A stretch of 40,243 bases of DNA from Candidatus Yonathbacteria bacterium CG_4_8_14_3_um_filter_46_25 (GTDB lineage: Bacteria; Patescibacteriota; Minisyncoccia; Phycocordibacterales; UBA1539): the NCBI GenBank assembly GCA_002788135.1, contig PFQT01000031.1, forward strand, positions 1-40,243, given 5' to 3'. The position numbers and the translations under genes are program-made. Of the stretch, positions 1 through 7,739 are shown piece after piece; positions within the stretch are counted from its first letter, which is position 1, and every line of letters starts with the position of its first letter. The notes below the pieces were generated by a model, which was not told the origin of the DNA, did not search any database, and saw nothing but the letters and a program-made list of their open reading frames with translations.

Positions 1-15
1 TATGGCATCGATAAT

Positions 16-90
16 GGCCCTATCGTCTAGCGGCTAGGACGCGACCCTCTCACGGTCGAAACCCGGGTTCGATTCCCGGTAGGGTCACCA
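16..90 (+). tRNA. tRNA-Glu (anticodon CTC)
   Basis: Cloverleaf with GGCCCTA/TAGGGTC acceptor stem, anticodon arm CGACC-CTCTCAC-GGTCG, T-arm GGTTCGATTCC and an encoded 3' CCA. Confidence 0.97.
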
Positions 91-96
91 ATACAT

Positions 97-127
97 AACC
101 AAACGGCTTTTTCAAAGCCGTTTGGTT
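97..127 (+). terminator. Intrinsic terminator-like hairpin after tRNA-Glu
   Basis: Perfect 14-bp inverted repeat AACCAAACGGCTTT-TTC-AAAGCCGTTTGGTT followed by T-rich sequence. Confidence 0.75.
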
Positions 128-180
128 TGTTGATGATGTCTCTATTGTACCAAGTTAGAACCTATTTCCAAAACAAATGA

Positions 181-360
181 TGTCGCACGCGCGGAGCACG
201 TGGTGGCTCTAAATTAAATCGTACGCTCGTATCGTTCCGCCACTGCCTCGCGGACTCGGCGCTCTGCACTCGCCCCGTTCCGCCTTTCCATGCTTATTCT
301 TTTTCGCGGCGGGATTTTTTTTGAAATTGAATGGGCGGAAACGGGGCTCGGTCGGGCTAG
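181..360. other. GC-rich structured non-coding element A
   Basis: GC-rich stretch in an AT-rich context. GCCCCGTTCCGCC (272-284) pairs with GGCGGAAACGGGGC (334-347) with one bulge. Confidence 0.5.
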
Positions 361-429
361 TTCAAAATTCAGTTTAGCATAATATGCAAAGTTTAGGTAT
401 TGCAATCTAGCATATACGCTGTTAATATT

Positions 430-651
430 ATGCCAGACACAATACGAACAAGAGAATACGCGGATTTTGTCGGAAAACTGAGAAAAGCTCGGCTTGAAGC
501 AGGTTTACGGCAGGTAGATGTCGCTAAAAAACTAAAGCGCACACAATCGTATGTGTCCCGCGTTGAGGTTGGCGAACAGAGATTGGATATACTAGAATTA
601 AAGAAGTTCGCCGATCTATATAAAAAAGATATAAACTATTTTGTGAAATAA
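430..651 (+). CDS. XRE-family helix-turn-helix regulator
   Basis: LRKARLEAGLRQVDVAKKLKRTQSYVSRVEVGEQR is an HTH_3-type pattern. ATG at 430 preferred over TTG at 400. Confidence 0.88.
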   Translation: MPDTIRTREYADFVGKLRKARLEAGLRQVDVAKKLKRTQSYVSRVEVGEQRLDILELKKFADLYKKDINYFVK

Positions 652-655
652 TGGT

Positions 656-1114
656 ATGGAAGAATCCATCAAAAACAATAATATCTTTACTCGCTTTAAA
701 GCGAGTTATGGCGTAGCAGGGGTGTTTCTCTTTGCAATAATTGTCATCGCTTCGTACATAAAAATTGATAACTTCTTAGGTCTTCTGAACATGTACTCTA
801 TATTAACACCGGATGAATTTCAGGCCCTTCTTTTTTCTGTATTTAGTTTTGAAACGATTGCGAGTCTAGCTCTATCTATTCTAGGTATAATCACAATATA
901 TTTTTTCATAAAATTAAAAGATAATGCTCTTGTTTATGCCTTTGCTTTCCTCATATTACAACCTGTGTTAGACGGGGTTACTGAAATTGGTTATTCCGGA
1001 AACATAGGATCCGGCATAGGCCCACTGATTGGTGGCGGAATAGCTTTTTGGATTTTTTGGCACTTTTTGGGCAATAAAACATCCAATTATTTAAAGTTGA
1101 ATTATGGAAAATAA
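656..1114 (+). CDS. Hypothetical integral membrane protein (about 4 TM segments)
   Basis: 152-aa ORF with hydrophobic segments, tightly packed between neighbours. Confidence 0.75.
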   Translation: MEESIKNNNIFTRFKASYGVAGVFLFAIIVIASYIKIDNFLGLLNMYSILTPDEFQALLFSVFSFETIASLALSILGIITIYFFIKLKDNALVYAFAFLILQPVLDGVTEIGYSGNIGSGIGPLIGGGIAFWIFWHFLGNKTSNYLKLNYGK

Positions 1115-1520
1115 GAAACTTAAAAATTTTAAGTTCTGGTATAAACTCACTCTTGTTTTAGGGGTACTAGGTTTAATTGATGTTTTGACACAATCTCTAG
1201 TAGAACAAAATTTTAATCTTCAAGTAGGAGGTTTGACCTTTATTGTTGTGATGATTTTCAAGTTTCTTTTTGGAACAAAAGTAGCTTCCACCTTTCTCTC
1301 CTATATCATTTATTTATCTTACAGTTGGTTTGTATGGCTTGGAGTTTCCGCCATCTTACGCAGAAAAATTATAAAACTTGAAAAGGATGCGGGAGTTATT
1401 GATGAGGAAAAGACTCTTAAGCCAGTCAGTAAAGGTTTTAAACGAACACTTCTGATTTTACTTGTTCCCTTTGGAATCTTATTACTCATTGGAATCATAA
1501 TTAATCTTGTAAGTAACTAA
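1104..1520 (+). CDS. Hypothetical integral membrane protein
   Basis: 138 aa, 3-4 hydrophobic helices, overlaps the upstream ORF by 11 bp. Confidence 0.75.
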   Translation: MENKKLKNFKFWYKLTLVLGVLGLIDVLTQSLVEQNFNLQVGGLTFIVVMIFKFLFGTKVASTFLSYIIYLSYSWFVWLGVSAILRRKIIKLEKDAGVIDEEKTLKPVSKGFKRTLLILLVPFGILLLIGIIINLVSN

Positions 1521-1522
1521 CT

Positions 1523-2182
1523 ATGAACAAGAAGAGTAAATGGCTGATTGGTGCGGGTATTCTTGTTTTGACTCTAATTGCTTGGGGAGGATATAAAAAT
1601 CCGGACAGAAAGTTAGACTCTGCATTTAATTCTTATCAAAGCATTGCTAAAAGTGAAGCTTTTAGAAAAGAAGAATTAAAAACACTATCAAGTCAATATT
1701 CAAATTGCTTTGTTCCAGAAGATGCAGACATCGCAACTTTTTGTATTGATGGATTGCCTAAGATTAAGGCCCTAGTTAGTAAAGAACCGCAACTCCTACT
1801 AAGCCTTGAATCTTTATACGATAAGAGAAAGAATGATCTTGATAATGAAAATAGAGTGTTTTTAGAAAATAATATTAAATTACTTTCTTCTAAGGAATAT
1901 CAAGACGTGTATAAAGGCACGATCGATGTTTTAGACGCGTATATAGATTTTTATGTGTATCTGGACGGCGAGTATGATACTACCGGATTGGATGAGTCTA
2001 TGTCTCAAGATGAAAAAATAAAAATACTTAGTCGTGTCATCGCTAACCGTAATTTCAAAGGTGATTTAGTTGTGAAAAACCTGACTGACTTATCTGATAA
2101 CCTTGATTTAAAAAAGGAAATGCTGAGACGTTACATTGAAGCAAATTATACCACAGAATTTGCAGAAGCGATGGGCATATAA
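1523..2182 (+). CDS. Hypothetical exported or membrane-anchored helical protein
   Basis: Basic then hydrophobic N-terminus (MNKKSKWLIGAGILVLTLIAWG), 219 aa, starts 2 bp after the previous stop. Confidence 0.75.
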   Translation: MNKKSKWLIGAGILVLTLIAWGGYKNPDRKLDSAFNSYQSIAKSEAFRKEELKTLSSQYSNCFVPEDADIATFCIDGLPKIKALVSKEPQLLLSLESLYDKRKNDLDNENRVFLENNIKLLSSKEYQDVYKGTIDVLDAYIDFYVYLDGEYDTTGLDESMSQDEKIKILSRVIANRNFKGDLVVKNLTDLSDNLDLKKEMLRRYIEANYTTEFAEAMGI

Positions 2183-2263
2183 CTAGTTATACACAAAAAA
2201 ATAGACGGCTGAGAGTTGATTTGTGGTAAAATTTCAATATCAGTTGTTCTTGTCTTTTACATC

Positions 2264-2917
2264 ATGGAAACACGAAATTTAAATAAAAAAATAGTTTCCA
2301 CAAACGACCACATCATACGAGCAGAATTACGGCAACTTATCGAAAAAGAATTGGATAAGTATAGAACGCAAACTGGGAAACAGGCAGACATTTTTGAGGA
2401 ACTAGGAGTGAGTCATGGGAGGGCACGGATTGATATAGCCGTGATAAACGGAGTTATGCACGGTTATGAAATCAAGAGCGATAAAGATACCCTCTCACGC
2501 TTGTTTGATCAGATACATGAGTACAATGAAGTTTTTGACAAAATAACGCTCGTTGTGGGTCAGCGTCATTTACTTGATGCCATTCACCAGATTCCGGAAT
2601 GGTGGGGCATCACTCTTGCGAAGATAGATTCAGATGAGCGCGTCGTTTTCTTTACTATTCGTGAAGCAAGGCAGAATGAGGATAACCGAGTGCTTATATC
2701 CATGGCTAGAATGTTGTGGCGTGCACAGGCCCTAAGAATCTTGGAAGAGAAAGGCGCCGCTGATGGGGTGCGATCAAAATCACGCCATGTGATCCATGAG
2801 AAAATCGCAAACATCTTTAAGAATGACCCTAATGCTCTTAGGGAGCACGTTATGACTGCTTTATTTTCTCGTGGAAATCAGCGAGTTGTCTCGCCACTAG
2901 TGTCAAATGGTGGTTAA
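2264..2917 (+). CDS. sce7726-family protein (PD-(D/E)XK-like nuclease fold)
   Basis: Motif EELG..RIDIAVING.MHGYEIKSDKDTLSRL..Q...Y..VFDKITLVV. ATG at 2264 preferred over TTG at 2216. Confidence 0.82.
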   Translation: METRNLNKKIVSTNDHIIRAELRQLIEKELDKYRTQTGKQADIFEELGVSHGRARIDIAVINGVMHGYEIKSDKDTLSRLFDQIHEYNEVFDKITLVVGQRHLLDAIHQIPEWWGITLAKIDSDERVVFFTIREARQNEDNRVLISMARMLWRAQALRILEEKGAADGVRSKSRHVIHEKIANIFKNDPNALREHVMTALFSRGNQRVVSPLVSNGG

Positions 2918-3995
2918 TACCGATGTTCAACCACATTTGCGGGTTTCCAGTTTTTTCATCCTGTGAGGCGATTCGATTAATCTCCGAGTCCCCGTAGCTG
3001 TAACCAGCTTGTTTATAATATGGTTGTTTGACGAGCTCTTTCGCGTGCGCAATGTACTGATCGTAGCCGGATATTCTTTTGCCGCCATTCTTTTTGTCCA
3101 GATAGTTCAAAGCGCGACCACGAAAAACTTGCCACTGTTCTTCATCTGTGTATCGAATACTTGCGCTTACGCTCGCACCAGGAATATATCCATAAAAAAT
3201 TGGGTGCTGTATCGTGTAGTCAGAGAAAAGCGGCTTGCGGGTGAGCTTGTCGCTTTGAAAAACTCCTTGCCACAACTTCCAATCAGTTCTCGGTAGAGCA
3301 TGTACGTTGAATACCTCAAGCTCGCTTAAATCTCTAGGGAATGATCCCCCCGTAAGAATAAAGGAGCGACAAACTTTAATTTGCGGAAGACGAGAAATTT
3401 TCTCAACAACGGATGCTGCCGTTACGGTTTCGGCAACCGTCTGAAGGTCGACCACTATATCGACATTTTTTATATCAAGCCCGCTATCGTTCACGAATGC
3501 ATCGATGTGAGTCGTCAAGTTTTCGTCTTTGAAATGTGAGTTATCAATCCGGATGCACATTCCTCTGCCATCGATTTTCGCGTATTTGACCGCAACTTTG
3601 CGTGTTGCCATATCAGCATCAGTTCCGACCACTGGAATAATATGCACTACTGGAATCGAAAAAAGATCGACCTCAGTCGCAGCAGACAGGATGTTTTCGA
3701 AGGAAGATGCTCGTATATCCCCGTCGAGTAAATGTACATCAAGGAATACTGTGCTTCTTCCACAATATTTGAGAAGACGTTTCCCTACGTCTGGTAACTG
3801 TCTTAAAAACTTGCTTTTCTCGTCCTCCACGATCTTTCGTCGATCGTCTTTGTCTGTCTTTGGCGGTGGCATGATAAATTCAATGAACGGCGTCAGGAGT
3901 TCGCGACCTTCGGGGGAGAGACGTTCGAAAGCGAGCATTTCTGCTGGCCTCCAACGCAGTATGGGGACATATGGTTTTATTGGTGTCATTTTCAT
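2850..3995 (-). CDS. Beta-family protein (Beta_protein-like)
   Basis: YVPILRW...E..A at the N-terminus, FSDYTIQHP, ASIRYT, and C-terminal W..IGINHHLTLV are typical of this family. Confidence 0.8.
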   Translation of the reverse strand: MKMTPIKPYVPILRWRPAEMLAFERLSPEGRELLTPFIEFIMPPPKTDKDDRRKIVEDEKSKFLRQLPDVGKRLLKYCGRSTVFLDVHLLDGDIRASSFENILSAATEVDLFSIPVVHIIPVVGTDADMATRKVAVKYAKIDGRGMCIRIDNSHFKDENLTTHIDAFVNDSGLDIKNVDIVVDLQTVAETVTAASVVEKISRLPQIKVCRSFILTGGSFPRDLSELEVFNVHALPRTDWKLWQGVFQSDKLTRKPLFSDYTIQHPIFYGYIPGASVSASIRYTDEEQWQVFRGRALNYLDKKNGGKRISGYDQYIAHAKELVKQPYYKQAGYSYGDSEINRIASQDEKTGNPQMWLNIGINHHLTLVARQLADFHEKIKQS

Positions 3996-3998
3996 GTT

Positions 3999-4514
3999 TT
4001 AGTTTTCAATCACTGAACATCCGTCTACATAATAAAAGCCCCTGAACTCAATAAAACGGAACGTGCCCGAGAAGCTTATTTGATCTCCGAGTCGATATAG
4101 TCGCAGTTTCTTTTTCCATTCCGGTTCAAAATTGCACTGGACTGTCCTATTGCTAATAGTGATACCCAAACGAGGCCCTTCAGTTTCTGATGTCTTCCAT
4201 TCGTTTGAATACTTGCCAGAACCAACTACCGGAGTGTCTTTATAAAGGTCGAGTAAGTCCTCTGCTTCTTTAGAAGTTTTTGATGTTTGTACCCGATCTA
4301 TAATATTTGCAATATTGATTGTGCTTGTCGCCGTACTAATTACGCTTACTGCAGCAGTATTTTCTGTTTTAACAAAATCGCCAAAAGGGGTGCTCAGCTT
4401 TGGGATAAAATCAAAAAATCCAAATAACCATCCGAGCACTCCAACAACGACTATACCGAGAGCTAAGTACGCCTGTATGTTTTTGTTGATTTTTATTTCG
4501 CCAAGGATACTCAT
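3999..4514 (-). CDS. Hypothetical membrane-anchored protein, possibly with a C-terminal OB-fold
   Basis: Single N-terminal TM; beta-rich C-terminus (VQCNF...GDQISFSGTF...GC); ATGA overlap with the upstream gene. Confidence 0.7.
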   Translation of the reverse strand: MSILGEIKINKNIQAYLALGIVVVGVLGWLFGFFDFIPKLSTPFGDFVKTENTAAVSVISTATSTINIANIIDRVQTSKTSKEAEDLLDLYKDTPVVGSGKYSNEWKTSETEGPRLGITISNRTVQCNFEPEWKKKLRLYRLGDQISFSGTFRFIEFRGFYYVDGCSVIEN

Positions 4515-5758
4515 ACTTTTGTTTTCATCTTAAACGCATCAGGAAATAGCTGTCGCACTTTTGCAGACTCGTCGTTGACAATTTTGTTCAAATAGAAGAA
4601 GTTTTGGTGTTTGAATCGCACAACGCCAGCAATCACAGCGATGTTAATACCGAGCTCGTTGGCAAGACTTTGTGTTGCCATAGGAGAAGGTGTAATTTTT
4701 GCGTTGCTGATTTCCCATTTACTGTCCGGCAAAACAGCTTCTTCTGCCCATCCGTCGGCTTCATGTTCTCTTTTGCGCTCATCTTCGGTCATTTGACTTC
4801 CGTCTTTCTCTAATAGCTTTTCGTCGTAAAAGATGCTGATGTCTTGGCCGTAATGTCGCGCCACATGAGCCACTTCATGCATAAGTGTGAACCAGAAACT
4901 ATCAAGGCGGTCATACCGAAGCGTAATACCAATTATCGGATTATCTTTATCCTCTAGAATTGCTGCGCCATCGAGGAAAGTTTTTGGAAGATGTCGTTCT
5001 ATCACCACTTTGATTCCTATTTTTCTTAGCTCTTCGCATACTACGATCGGCCCATCACTTTCTGTGCTTAATTTGACAAGATTGCGCATGAATTCAATAT
5101 CAATAACCCCGTGTTTGTATTTCACAGGCATTTTTATTTTCTCTGCTTTTTGGAGTACACGAATTTTCCAAGCGTCTAATGCCCCGGTATCTGTTCGGGG
5201 GGCAGAACGATGACTGATACCGCTACGGAGAAGCGCCACAGGTTGTAAATTTCCACTAAAAGAACCAAAAAAATCTTTCAGTAATTCACCTTTGCTAAAT
5301 TTTTTTAATGTCTTATTGCCAAAGTATCCATAACTCTCCATCGCTTTGACTATTCGTACGTCCCAGCGTTCGTAGCGCGATTCCTCCGATTGGTCAGGTT
5401 TCTGTACGAGAACTTTTTCCGGTATTCCAAGGCCGGTGGCAAGAGCGCGAACCATATCAAGCGTAAGTTGTCGTTTGCCAGAAAGTATTTCGGAAACGCG
5501 ACTACGACTGCCAATGTATGGCACAAGGTCAACAGGTTTAAAGCCGCTTTGTTCCATGCGGAATTTGATTGCTTCGACAGGACTAGGAAGAGCACTCGGA
5601 AATTGTTTTGTCTCGTAGTCCTCGATGAGGACGCTAAGAAGTTCGAGTTGTGCGCCATCGTCAGTGTCAGGATTGGGACTGCGGCTCATAAGCTCCTCAA
5701 CGAGTTTGAGAGCTTCTTCGTAGTCTTTTTGATTTTTTATGACTTTTATCTGGGTCAT
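4511..5758 (-). CDS. higA: HigA-like antitoxin HTH fused to an ImmA/IrrE-family Zn metallopeptidase
   Basis: N-terminal HigA motif (LELLSVLIEDYE...PVEAIKFRMEQ..GSRSRVSEILSGKRQLT) and C-terminal FWFTLMHEVAHV (HEXXH) plus EHEADGWA. Confidence 0.88.
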   Translation of the reverse strand: MTQIKVIKNQKDYEEALKLVEELMSRSPNPDTDDGAQLELLSVLIEDYETKQFPSALPSPVEAIKFRMEQSGFKPVDLVPYIGSRSRVSEILSGKRQLTLDMVRALATGLGIPEKVLVQKPDQSEESRYERWDVRIVKAMESYGYFGNKTLKKFSKGELLKDFFGSFSGNLQPVALLRSGISHRSAPRTDTGALDAWKIRVLQKAEKIKMPVKYKHGVIDIEFMRNLVKLSTESDGPIVVCEELRKIGIKVVIERHLPKTFLDGAAILEDKDNPIIGITLRYDRLDSFWFTLMHEVAHVARHYGQDISIFYDEKLLEKDGSQMTEDERKREHEADGWAEEAVLPDSKWEISNAKITPSPMATQSLANELGINIAVIAGVVRFKHQNFFYLNKIVNDESAKVRQLFPDAFKMKTKV

Positions 5759-5762
5759 GGTT

Positions 5763-6050
5763 TTATACGATTTTCCACTTGCTGTACTCCTTGTGCGTTC
5801 CGATCTTCCTTACTAACACTATCCTTTGCTTATACTCGACCTGTACCCACAACCGGTACCTATTGCCGCATATATTAAAAATTGCTTGCTGGTTGCCTGG
5901 TGTGTCTGCGCTGGGGAACATGCTCTTGAGCTCGTGAGGCGTTTTCCATTCCATGCTCTCGACTTCTGCCTCCCACGATTCGATATGCGATCGGGCATCA
6001 GCGTGTTTCTCTTTGAAGTCGTGCAATTGTTGTTTGCCCAATAATTTCAT
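5763..6050 (-). CDS. higB: HigB-family (RelE superfamily) toxin
   Basis: W..PHELK..FPSAD...IFNICGNRYRL...GTHKEY matches the HigB pattern; toxin lies upstream of the antitoxin. Confidence 0.88.
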   Translation of the reverse strand: MKLLGKQQLHDFKEKHADARSHIESWEAEVESMEWKTPHELKSMFPSADTPGNQQAIFNICGNRYRLWVQVEYKQRIVLVRKIGTHKEYSKWKIV

Positions 6051-6092
6051 CGTGTAAGCAGTTTGTCATAATAATTTGTTCCCATCAAATAT

Positions 6093-6121
6093 ATCCTATA
6101 TTGACTACGATTTAAAGTCAA
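6093..6121 (-). promoter_or_regulatory. Putative sigma70 promoter of the higBA operon with an overlapping palindromic operator
   Basis: Minus strand TTGACT (6121-6116), 17 bp, TAGGAT (6098-6093). Inverted repeat TTGACT-N9-AGTCAA at 6101-6121. Confidence 0.55.
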
Positions 6122-6215
6122 TGCCCTCAAAACGCTTGCAGGACACTTTACACGATACGTCAATAGTTCGGGGTGAAGGGTTGCGGGTATATTCGAAGAT
6201 GTTTCGAGTGAGATT

Positions 6216-6343
6216 AAAAACTAGGGAGCCCCGCCCGCGATCCCTTCTGTCTTTCGCGGGTGGGATGTGCGCGCACAGGGTGGGAGGGGCAAGCACAGAG
6301 GTATTTGCGCCTCGGACATTTCCGCCAGGGCGTCCACGCCCTT
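6216..6343. other. GC-rich structured non-coding element B (possible ncRNA or recombination-associated DNA structure)
   Basis: Hairpins at 6230-6240/6254-6264, palindrome TGTGCGCGCACA at 6266-6277, GAGG..CCTC at 6298-6313, AGGGCGT-CC-ACGCCCT at 6327-6342. Confidence 0.5.
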
Positions 6344-6369
6344 GATTTTATTATACATATCCCTATTTT
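6344..6369 (+). repeat. 26-bp direct repeat, left copy (att-like core)
   Basis: GATTTTATTATACATATCCCTATTTT is identical to 11041-11066. Confidence 0.95.
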
Positions 6370-6413
6370 TCATTTTAAATGAATTTGAACTTCTAAAATA
6401 TTACAAAACTATA

Positions 6414-6462
6414 TGTAAAGTCAGATTGACATTTTGGTTTGATTATGTAAACTTGTGTTACA
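6414..6462 (+). promoter_or_regulatory. Two imperfect TGTAAA..TTACA operators overlapping the XRE gene promoter
   Basis: TGTAAAGTCAGATTGACA (6414-6431, contains the -35 TTGACA) and TGTAAACTTGTGTTACA (6446-6462); both resemble the near-perfect site at 7058-7075. Confidence 0.6.
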
Positions 6463-6466
6463 AATC

Positions 6467-6679
6467 ATGCAAGAATATATTGTAAATGAAGTGAATACAT
6501 TACGGACTCAAAAGAATATCACGCAGGAAGAGCTTGCGGAAAGACTGAAGGTGAGCCGCCAGACAATCATTGCGATTGAAAAAGGAAACTATACACCATC
6601 TGTATTGCTTGCCCTTAAAATCGCCGGCTACTTTAAATTACCGGTTGAACATATTTTTAAAATTTCCTATGAAAAATAA
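6467..6679 (+). CDS. Small XRE-family HTH transcriptional regulator
   Basis: ITQEELAERLKVSRQTIIAIEKGNYTPSVLLALKIA is a classic motif; ATG at 6467. Confidence 0.92.
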   Translation: MQEYIVNEVNTLRTQKNITQEELAERLKVSRQTIIAIEKGNYTPSVLLALKIAGYFKLPVEHIFKISYEK

Positions 6680-7034
6680 AATTACAAAAGAAATAATCGT
6701 GCCTCTCGCTCTCGTAGTGTTGGCAATTTTACTCATGAACCCTTTTCATTTTTGGATGCCGGACATGATGGTAATGGGAATGCTTGTTGCCTTGCTAGTT
6801 CTTTTTGGTATATTTGCGAGCTTTATTCTAAAAGAAAAAGTATTTGATGAACGCGATGATGTAAACCGTTCACTTGCGGGAAGAAACGCGTTTCTCGCAG
6901 GATCAGCAATTCTCATGCTCGGCATTGTGATACAAGGATACTCACACAAGGTAGATTCGTGGTTAGTGATTACTCTGATAGTCATGATAATCGTAAAAAT
7001 CACGACTCGTTTCTGGAACGACAAAAATCTCTAA
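6669..7034 (+). CDS. Membrane protein partnered with the XRE regulator (DUF2178-like DER motif)
   Basis: Four hydrophobic segments with central FDERD...AGRNAF; ATG at 6669 overlaps the end of the XRE gene. Confidence 0.75.
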   Translation: MKNKITKEIIVPLALVVLAILLMNPFHFWMPDMMVMGMLVALLVLFGIFASFILKEKVFDERDDVNRSLAGRNAFLAGSAILMLGIVIQGYSHKVDSWLVITLIVMIIVKITTRFWNDKNL

Positions 7035-7048
7035 AATGCAGTTATCCA

Positions 7049-7098
7049 CAAAACGAATGTAAAGTGTACTTTACATTCGTTTTGTTATTTTATATACT
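7049..7098 (+). promoter_or_regulatory. Palindromic operator and promoter of the thioredoxin-dipZ-msr operon
   Basis: 17-bp perfect arms CAAAACGAATGTAAAGT-GT-ACTTTACATTCGTTTTG (7049-7084). TTTACA (7070-7075), 17 bp, TATACT (7093-7098). Confidence 0.7.
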
Positions 7099-7138
7099 TT
7101 ATTTATTAACATTATAAGTTAGTAATTAACAAATTTTT

Positions 7139-7738
7139 ATGAACAAAAATATAGGAATAGTTATTGGGGTTATCGTGTTGGCGGTGATTGTTGGAGGAAT
7201 CTATATATCCAACAATGCAAAAAATGATGCAATGATGGCTAAAGAGCAAATGGAACAGAAGGCCATGGAGGATCAAAAGATGGCTGAAGAAAAAGCCATG
7301 ATGGAAAAGAAAGCGATGGAGCAGAAAGAAAAAGACGACATGATAAAAGCTGACACTACAGAAACCGACGGTATGATGAAAAAAGACGAGACAAGCATGA
7401 TGGATAAAAGCGACACTGTGATGAAGGCGGGTTCATACGAAGCGTACGCCCCGGAAAAAGTGGCTCTCGCTTCCGCTACTCACGACGTAGTTTTATTTTT
7501 CAGAGCAAGCTGGTGTCCGACTTGTAGAACGTTAGACGCGGACATTAAAGCTAATCTTTCAAAAATTCCCGGAAGCCTAGCTATTCTTGATGTGAATTAC
7601 GATAATTCTACTGCGCTCAAACAAAAATATGGCGTTACGTATCAGCATACATTTGTGCAGGTTGATAAAGATGGAAATCTAATCAAAAAGTGGAGCGGTA
7701 GTCCGACACTCTCGGCACTTGTAGCAGAAGTAAAATAA
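7139..7738 (+). CDS. Membrane-anchored exported thioredoxin with a methionine-rich linker
   Basis: N-terminal TM, 14 Met in residues 32-95, Trx domain FFRASWCPTC...LKQKYGVTYQHTFVQVD. Confidence 0.88.
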   Translation: MNKNIGIVIGVIVLAVIVGGIYISNNAKNDAMMAKEQMEQKAMEDQKMAEEKAMMEKKAMEQKEKDDMIKADTTETDGMMKKDETSMMDKSDTVMKAGSYEAYAPEKVALASATHDVVLFFRASWCPTCRTLDADIKANLSKIPGSLAILDVNYDNSTALKQKYGVTYQHTFVQVDKDGNLIKKWSGSPTLSALVAEVK

Positions 7739-7739
7739 C

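Noticed and set aside
214..405. Short ORFs across the structured elements (214-405 and 6076-6345)
   Set aside because: They have no protein-like features and are better explained as incidental frames over hairpin-rich non-coding DNA.
6341..6369. 26-bp repeat as a canonical XerC/D dif site (it contains TATACA, the reverse of the E. coli dif spacer TGTATA)
   Set aside because: The flanking arms lack the inner ATAA/TTAT dyad and the TTATGTTAAAT XerD arm. It is kept only as an unspecified att-like repeat.
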